This document shows, in pieces, positions 18,227 to 28,884 of a stretch of DNA of 64,000 nucleotides (the stretch's first letter is position 1; each line of letters begins with the position of its first letter). The stretch comes from an uncultured Pseudomonadota bacterium. GTDB lineage: Bacteria > Pseudomonadota > Alphaproteobacteria > JACZXZ01. The stretch covers positions 800,001-864,000 of the forward strand of contig CAVVLJ010000017.1 of NCBI GenBank assembly GCA_963749075.1, in the 5' to 3' direction. A program made the position numbers and the translations under genes. The notes under the pieces are model-generated. The model saw nothing but the letters and a program-made list of their open reading frames with translations. It had not been told where the DNA came from and did not search any database.

Positions 18227-19126
18227 TTAACCCCTCCGCCAGCTATAGACGGTCGCCGGCGCCGGCTCCCAGACGACCGCGTCCTCGGCCCCCGGCAAGT
18301 GCGCGATGGCGCGGTATTCCGAGGCCATCGCCACCCAATCGCCGGTCTCGGCGAGCACCGCCGGCTTGCAGGCGATGGCGTCGCGCACCACGGCAAAGCC
18401 GTCCTTGGTGGCGACCGCGAAGGTATAGAAGCCGTCGAGGTCGGAAAGGCCGGCGTTGAGCGCCTCTTCGAGGCTGTCGCCCTCGCCGAGGCGATGGCTG
18501 AGATAGCCGGCCGCCACCTCGCTGTCGTTGTCGGTCTGGAATTCGACGCCGCGCCGCGCGAGCCGCTGGCGCAGGCCGTTGTGGTTGGAGAGCGAGCCGT
18601 TATGCACGAGGCAGAGGTCGTGCCCGGTCGAGAAGGGATGGGAATGCTCGGTGGTGACGGCGCTCTCCGTCGCCATGCGCGTATGGCCGAGGGCGTGGGA
18701 GCCCGCGAGCTCCGCGAGCCGGAAGCGGCGCACCACGTCGGCCGGCAGCCCCGCTTCCTTGTAGAGCTCGATGGTTTCGCCGAGACCCATCACGCGCACC
18801 TCGGGCCGGCTCAGGGCGAGCCACTGCCGCACGATGCCGAGCGAGGTGGCGGCCACGAGGACGAAGTGACTGGCCCGCGCCTCGCCGCTGACCGCCACGC
18901 CGAGGTCCGCGGCCATGGCGTCGACGAGGCCCTGCCAGTCATAGCCGGGCGAGCCATGGTAGAGCGTCATCTTGAGCGACCCCTCGGGTGCGGGATTGCG
19001 GTAGACGGCGAAGCCGGCACTGTCCGGCCCGCGGTCGCCCAAGGCCGTCAGCATGACCGCCAGGTGGCGGCCCAACGAGCTTTCCAGCGCTGGAGTCTTG
19101 AGGAAGAGTCCGACGATCCCGCACAC
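18227..19126 (-). CDS. glxB: Class II glutamine amidotransferase (N-methylglutamate synthase subunit A)
   Basis: N-terminal (M)CGIVG nucleophile, RGPDSAG, GHTRMATES, HNGSLSN. Confidence 0.9.
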   Translation of the reverse strand: MCGIVGLFLKTPALESSLGRHLAVMLTALGDRGPDSAGFAVYRNPAPEGSLKMTLYHGSPGYDWQGLVDAMAADLGVAVSGEARASHFVLVAATSLGIVRQWLALSRPEVRVMGLGETIELYKEAGLPADVVRRFRLAELAGSHALGHTRMATESAVTTEHSHPFSTGHDLCLVHNGSLSNHNGLRQRLARRGVEFQTDNDSEVAAGYLSHRLGEGDSLEEALNAGLSDLDGFYTFAVATKDGFAVVRDAIACKPAVLAETGDWVAMASEYRAIAHLPGAEDAVVWEPAPATVYSWRRG

Positions 19127-19244
19127 GGCAGCTTGCCTCCGATCCGGAAAACCGAGCGGGAGGATAGGCGATCGGCGCAGCGCCTGCAACATTTGATGAA
19201 AAAATCTTCACTCCCAAGAAACGAAGCGAAGCGGGCGCCCCGGC

Positions 19245-20348
19245 TCAACCGGCGCCGAGAAGGCCGTCCCCGGCGTCGCACGCGGCCTCGCAGATGCGGT
19301 GCGCGAACATGAGGCTGCGCGTGCCGACGAGGCGGTTCATGGCGATCACCATGCCGAGGCCCTCGCGGGGATAGATGCGCGTCTCGGAGGTGAAGCCGGG
19401 GCCGCCGCCCTCGTGGTTGAGGAAGCGGCGGCCGGAGGCCTCGCCCAGCTTCCAGCCGAGGCCCACGCCCAGGCGCGCCGCCACCCCTGCGCGGCCGCGG
19501 GCGACGAGGCTCTGCATGAGGGCGGTCGAGGCGGCACTCAGGATGCCGCCGCCGCCTTGGAGCTGCGCGCGCACGAAGGGAAGGAAGCCCGTGACCGAGC
19601 CGACGAGCCCGCCGATGGCGGCCGTGTCCACGTCGTAAGCCCGGAGTGCGACGAGCCCGCCGCTCTGCGCGCCGAAGAGCCGCCGTGCGGTGGCAGGAAA
19701 GCGCCAGCGGAGGAAGAGCCGCCCCGGCTCGAAAACGCCCATGTAGCCGGTGGCTGCGAGCCCTTGCGGCACCGCCGCGGCGGCGAAGCCCACCGCCATG
19801 CCCAAGGGCTCGAGGATGCGCTCTTCCACGTAAGAGGCGAAGGGCCGTGCGGCGGTCCGGCTCACCACCTCGCCGAGAAGTGCATAATTGACGTTGCGAT
19901 ACTCGACCCTTCGGCCGGGCGGCCTTCTCGCGGCGATGCGGTAGCGCGCGAGCGCCTCCGCGGTGCCGGGCTGCGGGTCGCCTGCGAAATGGACGGCGAG
20001 GAATCCGCCGAGCGTGTCCTCCAAGCCCGAGCTGTGGCTGAGAAGATGCTTGAGCGTGATGCCGGCGAGGGTGCGGAACTCCGCGAGATGCGTCGTGACC
20101 GGATCGTCGAGCTTGAGCTTGCCCGCCTCGGCGAGCTGCAGCACGGCGGCCGCGGTCACGAGCTTGGTCGCGGAGAACAGGTGATAGACGGTCTCGGGCG
20201 TAGCCGGCTTGCCGCTCGCGAGGTCGGCGCAGCCGAAGGCCGCGGACCAGCTCCGCCCGTCTCTTCCCACGACCGCGAGCGAGCAGCCGGGAATGCCGAG
20301 CGCCGAAAGTTCGGAGCGCACCAGCGCGGCAATGGATTGACGCGACAT
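19245..20348 (-). CDS. Serine hydrolase, beta-lactamase class C-like family
   Basis: SATK (SxxK), LLSHSSG, YRN (YxN), HEG. Confidence 0.88.
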   Translation of the reverse strand: MSRQSIAALVRSELSALGIPGCSLAVVGRDGRSWSAAFGCADLASGKPATPETVYHLFSATKLVTAAAVLQLAEAGKLKLDDPVTTHLAEFRTLAGITLKHLLSHSSGLEDTLGGFLAVHFAGDPQPGTAEALARYRIAARRPPGRRVEYRNVNYALLGEVVSRTAARPFASYVEERILEPLGMAVGFAAAAVPQGLAATGYMGVFEPGRLFLRWRFPATARRLFGAQSGGLVALRAYDVDTAAIGGLVGSVTGFLPFVRAQLQGGGGILSAASTALMQSLVARGRAGVAARLGVGLGWKLGEASGRRFLNHEGGGPGFTSETRIYPREGLGMVIAMNRLVGTRSLMFAHRICEAACDAGDGLLGAG

Positions 20349-20402
20349 GGGCTCGATCAGCGTATCTCTGTCATGCGCGTCCAGGAGGCCTAACCGCCGG
20401 CG

Positions 20403-20735
20403 CTATGAGCCCTTCTTCGGAAAGATGGCTTGCGTGATGGTAAAAATCACGGCGCCGAGTTGGACAGTGGTGGCGCCGGGAAGCGACATCACGACTTTGG
20501 CGTCGATGATACGGTCGCCCGGATTTATTTTCCCGGACCAGAGCAGCGCGCAGTCCTGCCAGAACGCAAAGCCCAATCCGACCATCACGAAGGCGTTGGC
20601 GCCAATGAAGAGAAACATGACGTGGCGCGCGAATTTCTGGCGTATTTCTAAATCGCCCAAGGCGATTTTGTCCGGAACACTGACGAACGCCTTTTCCTCG
20701 GACGACAGGGTCCGAGGGGCTGTACCATCATCCAT
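20403..20735 (-). CDS. Small hypothetical membrane protein (about two TM helices)
   Basis: 110 aa with hydrophobic segments VMFLFIGANAFVMVGLGFAFW and VQLGAVIFTITQAIF; lower GC. Confidence 0.65.
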   Translation of the reverse strand: MDDGTAPRTLSSEEKAFVSVPDKIALGDLEIRQKFARHVMFLFIGANAFVMVGLGFAFWQDCALLWSGKINPGDRIIDAKVVMSLPGATTVQLGAVIFTITQAIFPKKGS

Positions 20736-20755
20736 TTCCAGGGCCGCCGTCCTGG

Positions 20756-20971
20756 TCAGCCGGTCAGAGAAATCTTGGTCGGCGTTTTGTCCTGGTCGAG
20801 AATCGTGACCGTCTGATCCTCGGTATTTCGGGCGCGCGCGGCGATCCGAGCAAGAGCCACCGCCTTACGGATGACGGCGGTGCTTGTGGTTACGCCGAAG
20901 ATCTCCTTGAGCTCGTCGATCGCCTTTGCAGTGCCGTCGTCAAGCTGGAAACTCGTCTGCGGCATGGCCAT
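20756..20971 (-). CDS. Ribbon-helix-helix (CopG-like) DNA-binding protein
   Basis: TSFQL strand, DDGTAKAIDELKEIFG helix, TTSTAVIRKAVAL helix; strong RBS AGGAGG. Confidence 0.7.
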   Translation of the reverse strand: MAMPQTSFQLDDGTAKAIDELKEIFGVTTSTAVIRKAVALARIAARARNTEDQTVTILDQDKTPTKISLTG

Positions 20972-20981
20972 ACCTCCTCTA

Positions 20982-21026
20982 TACGATTATCGTAAGCGAT
21001 ATATACGGAAATCGTATTTTTGTCAA
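20982..21026 (-). promoter_or_regulatory. Sigma70 promoter with two TACG-N5-CGTA operators
   Basis: TTGACA-17nt-TATATC on the minus strand; palindromes at 20982-20994 and 21004-21016. Confidence 0.65.
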
Positions 21027-21040
21027 TGGACTTTTTGATT

Positions 21041-21506
21041 TCACCGTCTCGCCGCCCTCAGCGCTTCCTCCCGAACGACTGCTTGCGGCACCCCGCGGAA
21101 GAGGGACATGTGCGTGTGCTGCGCCAGCCATGGCGTGGCGATGGCGGAGCGCCGGAAGGCGACGGTGGCGCGGCCCGGCCGCTCGTAGGGCACGCCCTCG
21201 CGGCTGTAGCCGGTCGAGTTCGAAGCAGGCCAGGCCCGTAGCCGAGAGGCGGTCCGCGGCGACGAGCGCCTTGATCTCCGCGAGGCGCCAGCGGAAATCG
21301 GCGATGACGGGCCACACCTTCTGCCACTGCAGGCGCTCGACCGCCTCGCGCCCCGCCACGAAATCGCTGAAGGTGCCAAAGGCCACCATGTCCTCGGCGA
21401 AAAGGTGCCGCGCACCTGCGAAGTCGACCGCTTGCACGCGCTGGGCCAACTCGGCGAACCATGCGCACACCCGCTCGAGATCGCCGTCCGCCGCTGCGTC
21501 ACTCAT
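21041..21506 (-). CDS. SnoaL/NTF2-like protein, frameshifted at ~21219
   Basis: N-half (VDFAGARHLF..QWQKVWP) and C-half (STGY..RPGRAT..HTHMSL) are in different frames; removing one base at GAGTTC joins them. Confidence 0.7.
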
Positions 21507-22992
21507 CGGCCCCTCCGCTCTTCCCGCTCGATTTGCTGCACGGCCGGGCCGCGTCCGGCGGAGCCGGAGCGGGCGGCCGCGGCGGCGCCATCACCTGGTG
21601 GCCGCTCACCTCCGCACCCGCATCCGCCGCGAGACGCCGGAAGAAGAGCAGCGAGAGGAGCGAGAGCAAGCCGGCGACGGCGAAGGAGACCTGCGTGTCG
21701 ATGGCCGCAAGCTCGCCCGGGGGTGCTGCGCGCCAGGCCACCATGCCGTTGAGCAGCACGGCGCCGAGCGCGATGCCCATGCCGTTCGAGAGCTGCTGCA
21801 TCATGCTGGAGATGCTGGCGGCACCGCTCAGCTTGGGCGGCAGGATGTCGGCGAAGGTGAGCGTGTTGAGGCCGGTATATTGCAGCGAGCGGAAGAATCC
21901 GCCGGCGAGCAGCAGGACGAAGATCACCCAGCTCGGCGTGGTGCGGGTGAAGAGGGCGCAGACGAGGAGCGAGGCCGCGGAGATGACGGCATTGCCGATG
22001 AGGACGTTGCGGAAGCCGAAGGAGCGCAGGATCGGCTGCGTCGTCATCTTCATGACGAAGGAGCCGAGAGAGCTCGCGAAGGTCAAGAGGCCCGAGGCGA
22101 AGGCGCTCATGCCGAAGCCGACCTGCAGCATGAGCGGCAGCAGGAACGGCAGCGCCCCTGCGCACATGCGGAAGATCGAGCCGCCGGCGACGGTCACGGC
22201 AAAGGTCGGTATCTCGAGCAGCGAGAGGTCGATGAGCGGATGGGGGTGGCGCTTGGAATGGCGGACGCCGAGCACGCCGGCAGCCCCGCCGACGCCGAGC
22301 AGCAGCCAGAGAAGCCAGGCGTTGCGGCCGGGATGGCCGACGAGATCGAAGTCGTACATGAGGCAGGTGAGCGACGTGCCGGTGAGCACGAAGCCGATCC
22401 AGTCGAAGGGCCAGGTCTCGTCCTCGCGGTAGTTCTCGATGAGCAGGCTCACGAGGACGATGCCGAGAATGCCGATGGGCACGTTGAGGAAGAAGATCCA
22501 GCGCCACGAGACGTAGGTCGTGATGAAGCCGCCGACCGGCGGGCCGAGCACCGGCCCGATCAGCGCCGGCACGGTGAGATAGGCCATGGCGCGCACGAGC
22601 TCCGTCTTCTCGACGCTGCGGATCATGACGAGCCGGCCAACCGGCACCATCATGGCGCCGCCGATGCCTTGGAAGATGCGCGCGGCGGCGAACTCGAGGA
22701 CGCCGTTCGAGAGGCCGCAGAGGATCGAGCCCGCGAGGAAGACGGCGATCGCCAGTCGGAAGACGGTGCGCGCGCCGAAGCGGTCGGCCACCCAACCGCT
22801 CACCGGAATGAACACCGCGAGGCTCAGCATATAGGCGGTGATGCCGAGGCTGAGGGCGATGGGGCTGGCATCGAACGACACCGCCATGGCGGGGAGTGCG
22901 GTGGTGATCACCGTGCCGTCGAGGTTCTCCATGAAAAGCGCGCAGGCCACGATGAGCGGGACGACCATTGACCTCGATCGGCGGGGAACCAT
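21499..22992 (-). CDS. DHA2-family MFS efflux transporter
   Basis: FMENLDGTV, GWVADRFGAR, GPVLGPPVGG, WRWIF. Confidence 0.92.
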   Translation of the reverse strand: MVPRRSRSMVVPLIVACALFMENLDGTVITTALPAMAVSFDASPIALSLGITAYMLSLAVFIPVSGWVADRFGARTVFRLAIAVFLAGSILCGLSNGVLEFAAARIFQGIGGAMMVPVGRLVMIRSVEKTELVRAMAYLTVPALIGPVLGPPVGGFITTYVSWRWIFFLNVPIGILGIVLVSLLIENYREDETWPFDWIGFVLTGTSLTCLMYDFDLVGHPGRNAWLLWLLLGVGGAAGVLGVRHSKRHPHPLIDLSLLEIPTFAVTVAGGSIFRMCAGALPFLLPLMLQVGFGMSAFASGLLTFASSLGSFVMKMTTQPILRSFGFRNVLIGNAVISAASLLVCALFTRTTPSWVIFVLLLAGGFFRSLQYTGLNTLTFADILPPKLSGAASISSMMQQLSNGMGIALGAVLLNGMVAWRAAPPGELAAIDTQVSFAVAGLLSLLSLLFFRRLAADAGAEVSGHQVMAPPRPPAPAPPDAARPCSKSSGKSGGADE

Positions 22993-23162
22993 GCGGGGGC
23001 GCTCGAACTTTCGGCACTGGCCGGACGACGGGGCTTAGAGCTTAGGATGCGGCCGCGGCCAGGGCTAGCCCGCGCTTGCCGAGCGGCCGGCCCGCCTTCC
23101 CGACCCGCGAGGAGCTGTGCTAGGCTCGCCGCCGGCCCGCTCAAGGAGACGCGAAGAGCGCC

Positions 23163-24062
23163 ATGTCTCTATCGATGAATGAACCACGCTCGGCCGCTGC
23201 CGCCGCTGCCGCCATCGAGGTGGTCCCCACCGGTGCCGCACTCGGCGCCGAGGTCCGCGGGGTCGATCTGCGCCATCTCGACGCCGCCGCCTTTGCCGCC
23301 ATCCAAGCCGCCTGGCTCGATCATCTGGTGCTGCTCTTCCGCGGCCAGGCGCTCGGCGACGAGGCGCTCATCGCCTTCAGCCGGCGCTGGGGCGCCCTCG
23401 ACTGGGCGCCGGTGCAGGAGACCGGCCGGCGCTTCGTGGAAGGCCATCCCGAGCTCTACGTCGTCTCCAACGTGGTCGAGAACGGCGTCCCCATCGGCAG
23501 CCTCGGCGCCGGCGAGGCGGTGTGGCACACCGACATGTCCTATCTCGAGGACCCGCCCAAGGCGAGCATGCTCTACGCCCTCGAGATTCCGGAGAAGGGC
23601 GGCGACACCGGCTTCTGCAACATGTACACGGCCTATGACGCGCTGCCGCCGACGCTCAAGGAGCGCGTCGCGAAGCTGAGCCTCAAGCACGACGGCACCT
23701 ACAACAGCGGCGGCTACCTGCGCCAGGGCACAGAAGCGGTCGACGATCCGCGCCGCTCGCCGGGTGCGGTCCATCCCCTCGTCTGCACGCACCCCGAGAC
23801 GGGCCGCCGCATGCTCTATCTCGGCCGCCGCCGCAACGGCTATGTGAGCGGCCTCGAGCTCGCCCAATCGGAGGCGCTCCTCGACGAGCTCTGGGGCTAT
23901 GCCACGCGCGCGGAGTTCGCCTGGTACAACCGCTGGCGCGCGGGCGACCTCGTGCTGTGGGACAACCGCTGCACCATGCACCGGCGCGATCCCTTCGACG
24001 CCGCGGCGCGCCGCATCATGCATCGCACCCAGATCAAGGGCGAGACGCGGCCGCACGCGTAG
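23163..24062 (+). CDS. TauD/TfdA family dioxygenase
   Basis: WHTDMSY, GGDTGF, WDNRCTMHRR. Confidence 0.92.
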   Translation: MSLSMNEPRSAAAAAAAIEVVPTGAALGAEVRGVDLRHLDAAAFAAIQAAWLDHLVLLFRGQALGDEALIAFSRRWGALDWAPVQETGRRFVEGHPELYVVSNVVENGVPIGSLGAGEAVWHTDMSYLEDPPKASMLYALEIPEKGGDTGFCNMYTAYDALPPTLKERVAKLSLKHDGTYNSGGYLRQGTEAVDDPRRSPGAVHPLVCTHPETGRRMLYLGRRRNGYVSGLELAQSEALLDELWGYATRAEFAWYNRWRAGDLVLWDNRCTMHRRDPFDAAARRIMHRTQIKGETRPHA

Positions 24063-24089
24063 GCTTCGCGGGGAGCCGGGCGCTCCGCC

Positions 24090-25556
24090 TCAGAAATAAC
24101 CGGAGAAGCCGGTCGCCGCCGGCTGGCCGCTCGGCAGCTGCGAGCCCTCCCAGCCGCCGCCGAGCGCCTGGATCAGGGCAACGCTCGCCGTGAGCCGGCT
24201 CTCGAGCACGTTGAGCGCCGTCTCCTCGTCGCCGAGCGCCGTCGCCTGGGCGGTGACGACGCTGGTGTAGTCGATCGTGCCGGCCTTGTACTGGTTGAGG
24301 ATGAGCTGCGCCGCCTCCTCGGCCTCCTTGACCGCGGCGTCCTGCACCTTGGCCTGCTCTTCGAGGATGCGCAGCGCCGCGAGCTCGTCCTCGACCTGCT
24401 GGAAGGCGGTCAGCACCGTCTCCCGGTAATCGGCCACGCTCTCGTCGTAGCTCGCGCGCGCCGCTTGAACCTGGGCGCTGCGGGCGCCTGCGTCGAAGAC
24501 CGTCAACGCGAGCTGGGGCCCGAGCGACCACACGTTGCTCGCGGTCTGGAAGAGGGTTCCGAGCTGGTTGCTCGCCAAGCCGGTCGAGGCGGCGAGCGTC
24601 AAGTCCGGGTAATAGGCGGCGATCGCCACGCCGATCTGGGCGTTCGCAGCGGCGACCTTGCGCTCGGCGGCGGCGATGTCGGGACGGCGCTCGAGGAGGG
24701 TCGAGGGCACGCCGACCGGGATCGCCGGCACGTCCACGGCAAGGCGCACGGGCGCCATGTTGAACTCCGCCGGCGGCTTGCCGATGAGGACCGCGATGGC
24801 ATGCTCGAGCTGCGCGCGCTGCACGCCCACGTTGATCGCCTGGGCGCGCGTGTTGTCGAGCTGGGTCTCGGCCTGGGCCACGTCCGAGCGCGCGGCGTTG
24901 CCGACCGCGTATTTGTTGCGCGTGATCTCGAGCGACTTGGCGTAGCCCTCGGCCGTGGCGTCGAGGAGCCGCTTGAGCTCGTCCTCGACGCGCAGCTGGA
25001 AATAGGCGGTGGCAAGCGCCCCCTGGGCCGAGAGGCGGGCATTGGCGAGGTCGGCGCCGCTCGCCTGGGCGGTCGCCACGTTGCTCTCGACCGTGCGGCG
25101 GATCTTGCCCCAGACGTCGATATCCCAGCTCGCACCGAGCGAGAGGTCGTATTGGCTCACCGGCTTGGCGCCGCGGCTCAGCGTGCTGCTCGCCTTGGAG
25201 CGCGTGGCCGAGCCGTCGAGCGTCACGGTCGGGAAGAATGCGGCCTGGGCCTGGCGGACGGCGGCGACGGCCGCGCGGTAGGCCGCCTCCGCGGCGAAGA
25301 CATTCTGGTTCGAGACCTCGACCCGCTGCTCCAGCTCGTCGAGCACCGCGTCCTTGTAGACCGACCACCAGGCGCCGCGGTCCGACGCGTCCTGGGGCGC
25401 TCCCGGCTTCCAGCCGGCGATCTCCTTATAGGCCGCCGGCGTTGCGACCGGCGGCCGCACATAGTCGGGCCCGACCGTACAGGCCGCGAGTCCGGCGAGA
25501 GCCGCGAGCGCTGCGAGCGTGCGTTGATGCCGGTACGCCATTCGCCTTTCCCTCAT
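24090..25556 (-). CDS. RND outer-membrane factor lipoprotein (NodT family)
   Basis: Lipobox LAAC-TVGPDY, LLERRPDI, ALGGGW. Confidence 0.93.
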   Translation of the reverse strand: MRERRMAYRHQRTLAALAALAGLAACTVGPDYVRPPVATPAAYKEIAGWKPGAPQDASDRGAWWSVYKDAVLDELEQRVEVSNQNVFAAEAAYRAAVAAVRQAQAAFFPTVTLDGSATRSKASSTLSRGAKPVSQYDLSLGASWDIDVWGKIRRTVESNVATAQASGADLANARLSAQGALATAYFQLRVEDELKRLLDATAEGYAKSLEITRNKYAVGNAARSDVAQAETQLDNTRAQAINVGVQRAQLEHAIAVLIGKPPAEFNMAPVRLAVDVPAIPVGVPSTLLERRPDIAAAERKVAAANAQIGVAIAAYYPDLTLAASTGLASNQLGTLFQTASNVWSLGPQLALTVFDAGARSAQVQAARASYDESVADYRETVLTAFQQVEDELAALRILEEQAKVQDAAVKEAEEAAQLILNQYKAGTIDYTSVVTAQATALGDEETALNVLESRLTASVALIQALGGGWEGSQLPSGQPAATGFSGYF

Positions 25557-25572
25557 GCGCGCGCTCTTCTCC

Positions 25573-28500
25573 CTATTCCCCGGGCGCCGGCTGCGGGCCC
25601 CTCTTGAAGTAGCGCGGACGCCAGCGTTGCCATAGCTCGTGGCCCCAGAGCCGGAAACGGTCGAGGTAGAGATAGACCACCGGCGTCGTGTAGAGCGTGA
25701 GGACCTGGCTCAGCAGCAGGCCGCCGACGATGGAGATGCCGAGCGGCTGGCGCAGCTCCGAGCCCTCGCCCAAGCCGAGCGCCAAGGGAAGTGCGCCCAG
25801 GAGTGCTGCCATGGTGGTCATCATGATCGGACGGAAGCGCAGGAGGCAGGCCTGATAGATGGCCTCGCGCGCGTCGAGCTTCAGCGTGCGCTCGGCGTCG
25901 AGCGCGAAGTCGATCATCATGATCGCGTTCTTCTTGACGATGCCGATCAGGAGGATGACGCCGATGAGGGAGATGATGCTGAACTCGGTGCCGGTGACGA
26001 GGAGCGCCAGCACCGCACCGACCCCGGCCGAGGGCAGCGTCGAGAGGATGGTGATGGGATGGACGTAGCTCTCGTAGAGGATGCCGAGCACGATATAGAC
26101 GGCCGCGATCGCCGCCACGATCAGGATCGGCTCGTTGGCGATGGACTGCTGGAACACCTGCGCCGTCCCCTGGAAGCTGCCGTGGATGGTGCTCGGCATG
26201 CCGATCTCGTTCATCGCCCGGTTGACGGCGGCGACCGCATCGCTGAGCGCCTTGCCGGGCGCCAGATTGAACGAGATCGTGCTGGCCACGAACAGCCCCT
26301 GGTGGTTCACCGCGAGCGGCGTCTTTCCCGGCTCGTAGTGGCTGAAGGCGGCGAGCGGCACCATGGCCTCCGAGGCCGTGCTGACGGGCGCTCCGGTCGA
26401 GGCGCTGCTTTTGCCCGAGGCGGCGAGCTGGTTCATGGCCAGGTTGCGCGCCGCGTCCATGGCGACGCTCGCGGCGTTCGAAGCCTGGCTTGAGGCGCTC
26501 GCGGCCGTGCTCCGCGTCACGGTTCCGGCGACCGCGTTGGTCGACTGCACGCCGCCCACGGAGCCTCCCGACGTGCTCACGTAGATCTCCTTCAGCGCCT
26601 GCGGGTCCTGCCAGAAATTCGGCGCCAGCTCCATGACGACGTGGTACTGGTTCAAGGGATTGTAGATGGTCGATACCTGGCGCTGGCCGAAGGCGTCGTA
26701 GAGCGTGTTGTCGATCTGGCTCGCCGTGACGCCGAGGCGCGCGGCGGTGGGACGGTCGATCACCAGATCCGTCTCCAGGCCGTTCTGCTGCTGATCGGAG
26801 TTCACGTCGGTCAGGACCGGCTCGTGCTGCAGCGCGTCGGTCAGCTTGGGCGCCCAGGTGTAGAGGTCCTGGAGGCTGTCGGCCTGGAGCGTGAACTGGT
26901 ACTGGGCGTTGCTCTGCCGGCCGCCGACGCGGATGTCCTGCACCGCCTGGAGGAAGAGCACCGCACCGGGGACCTGGCTGAGCTCGCGGCGCAGCCGCCC
27001 GACCACCTGATCCGCCGAGAGCCGCCGCTCGGACAACGGCTTCAGCGACACGAAGACGAAGCCCGAATTCGTCTGGCCGCCGCCCGTGAAGCCGACCACG
27101 CTCTGGACGGCGGTGTCCTTCTTCACGATGGAAATGAACTGCGTGAGCTTCTGGCGCATCAGCTGGAAGGAGATGCTCTGGTCGGCCTGCAGGCCGCCGA
27201 TGAGCCGGCCGGTGTCCTGCTGCGGGAAGAAGCCCTTGGGGATGATGGCGAAGAGCAGGAAGTTCAGGCCGACGACCGCGAGCAGCACCAGCATGGTGAG
27301 GCGCGGGTGATTGAGCGCCGGACCGAGCGTGCGCTCGTAGGCGCGCAGCACGGCGTCGAACACGCGCTCGCTCGCCCGGCTCAGCCAGCCCGGCTCGCGC
27401 CTCGTGCGCCTGGTCGGCAGGCGCGCGCACATCATCGGCGTCGTGGTCAGCGACACCACGAGCGACACCAGGATGGCGATCGACAGCGTCATGGCGAACT
27501 CGCGGAAGAGCCGCCCGATGATGCCGCCCATGAGGAGGATGGGAATGAACACCGCCACCAGCGACAGGCTCATCGACAGCACGGTGAAGCCGACCTCGCG
27601 GGCGCCCCTCAGCGCCGCCTCGAACCTCGGCACGCCCGCCTCGACGTGGCGGGTCACGTTCTCGAGCACGACGATGGCGTCGTCCACCACGAAGCCGGTC
27701 GCCACGGTGAGCGCCATCAGCGAGAGATTGTCGAGGCTGTAGCCGAGCATGTACATGATGCCGAAGGTGCCGATGAGCGATACCGGCACGGCGACGCTCG
27801 GCACCAGCGTCGTGCGCCAGTCGCGCAGGAAGAAGTAGACGACCAGGATGACCAGCGAGATCGCGATGAGGAGCGTGCGCTCGACGTCGTGGAGCGAGGC
27901 GCGGATGGTGGTCGAGCGGTCCAGCGCCACCGTTATGTCGATGTCGCTGGCGATCGACGCCTGGAGTTGCGGCACGAGCCCCAGCACCCGGTCCACGGCA
28001 TCGATGATGTTGGCGCCCGGCTCGCGGTAGAGGATCACCAGCACCGCCGGCCGGCCGTTCGCGATGCCGGCGTTCCGCAGGTTCTCGACGGAGTCGCTCA
28101 CGTCGCCCAGGTCCGAGAGGCGCACCGCGGCGCCGTTGCGGTAGGCGACCACGAGCGAGCTGTAGTCCTCGGCCTTGCGCGCCTGATCGTTGGCGTAGAT
28201 CTGGTAGTGCTCGATGCCCTCCTCCACCGCCCCTTTCGGGCTGTGGGCGTTGGCCGAGGAGAGTGCTGCGCGCACGTCCTCGAGCCCGATGCCGTATTTG
28301 AAGAGCGGGCCGGGATTGAGCTCGACGCGGACCGCCGGGAGGGAGCTTCCGCCGATGGTCACCTGTCCGATGCCCTCGACCTGCGACAGCCTCTGGGCGA
28401 GCACGGTCGAGGCGGCGTCGTAGAGCTGGCCCTGGGTCTGCGTGCTCGAGGTCAGCGCCAGGATGAGGATCGGCGCGTCGGCCGGATTGACCTTGCGATA

Positions 28501-28884
28501 TGTCGGGTTGCTCCGGAGGCTCGAGGGCAGGTCCGCGTGCGCCGCGTTGATGGCGGCCTGGACGTCGCGCGCGGCGCCGTTGATGTCCCGGTCGAGACCG
28601 AACTGCAGCGTGATGCGCGTCGATCCCACGGTGCTCGAAGACGTCATCTCGGTCACGTCGGCGATCTGGCCGAGATGGCGCTCGAGCGGCGTCGCCACGC
28701 TGGTCGACACCACCTCCGGGCTGGCGCCCGGCAGCACGGCCTGCACCGAGATGGTGGGAAAGTCGACCTGCGGCAGCGGGGCTACGGGAAGCTGGAAGAA
28801 GGCGACGCCGCCGGCCAGCGCAACGCCGATGGTCAAGAGGGTCGTGGCGACCGGCCGGCGGATGAAGGGCTCGGAGACGTTCAT
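25573..28884 (-). CDS. mdtC: RND efflux permease, MdtC-like
   Basis: [34 protein letters not shown]; ATG overlaps the upstream stop. Confidence 0.92.
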   Translation of the reverse strand: MNVSEPFIRRPVATTLLTIGVALAGGVAFFQLPVAPLPQVDFPTISVQAVLPGASPEVVSTSVATPLERHLGQIADVTEMTSSSTVGSTRITLQFGLDRDINGAARDVQAAINAAHADLPSSLRSNPTYRKVNPADAPILILALTSSTQTQGQLYDAASTVLAQRLSQVEGIGQVTIGGSSLPAVRVELNPGPLFKYGIGLEDVRAALSSANAHSPKGAVEEGIEHYQIYANDQARKAEDYSSLVVAYRNGAAVRLSDLGDVSDSVENLRNAGIANGRPAVLVILYREPGANIIDAVDRVLGLVPQLQASIASDIDITVALDRSTTIRASLHDVERTLLIAISLVILVVYFFLRDWRTTLVPSVAVPVSLIGTFGIMYMLGYSLDNLSLMALTVATGFVVDDAIVVLENVTRHVEAGVPRFEAALRGAREVGFTVLSMSLSLVAVFIPILLMGGIIGRLFREFAMTLSIAILVSLVVSLTTTPMMCARLPTRRTRREPGWLSRASERVFDAVLRAYERTLGPALNHPRLTMLVLLAVVGLNFLLFAIIPKGFFPQQDTGRLIGGLQADQSISFQLMRQKLTQFISIVKKDTAVQSVVGFTGGGQTNSGFVFVSLKPLSERRLSADQVVGRLRRELSQVPGAVLFLQAVQDIRVGGRQSNAQYQFTLQADSLQDLYTWAPKLTDALQHEPVLTDVNSDQQQNGLETDLVIDRPTAARLGVTASQIDNTLYDAFGQRQVSTIYNPLNQYHVVMELAPNFWQDPQALKEIYVSTSGGSVGGVQSTNAVAGTVTRSTAASASSQASNAASVAMDAARNLAMNQLAASGKSSASTGAPVSTASEAMVPLAAFSHYEPGKTPLAVNHQGLFVASTISFNLAPGKALSDAVAAVNRAMNEIGMPSTIHGSFQGTAQVFQQSIANEPILIVAAIAAVYIVLGILYESYVHPITILSTLPSAGVGAVLALLVTGTEFSIISLIGVILLIGIVKKNAIMMIDFALDAERTLKLDAREAIYQACLLRFRPIMMTTMAALLGALPLALGLGEGSELRQPLGISIVGGLLLSQVLTLYTTPVVYLYLDRFRLWGHELWQRWRPRYFKRGPQPAPGE

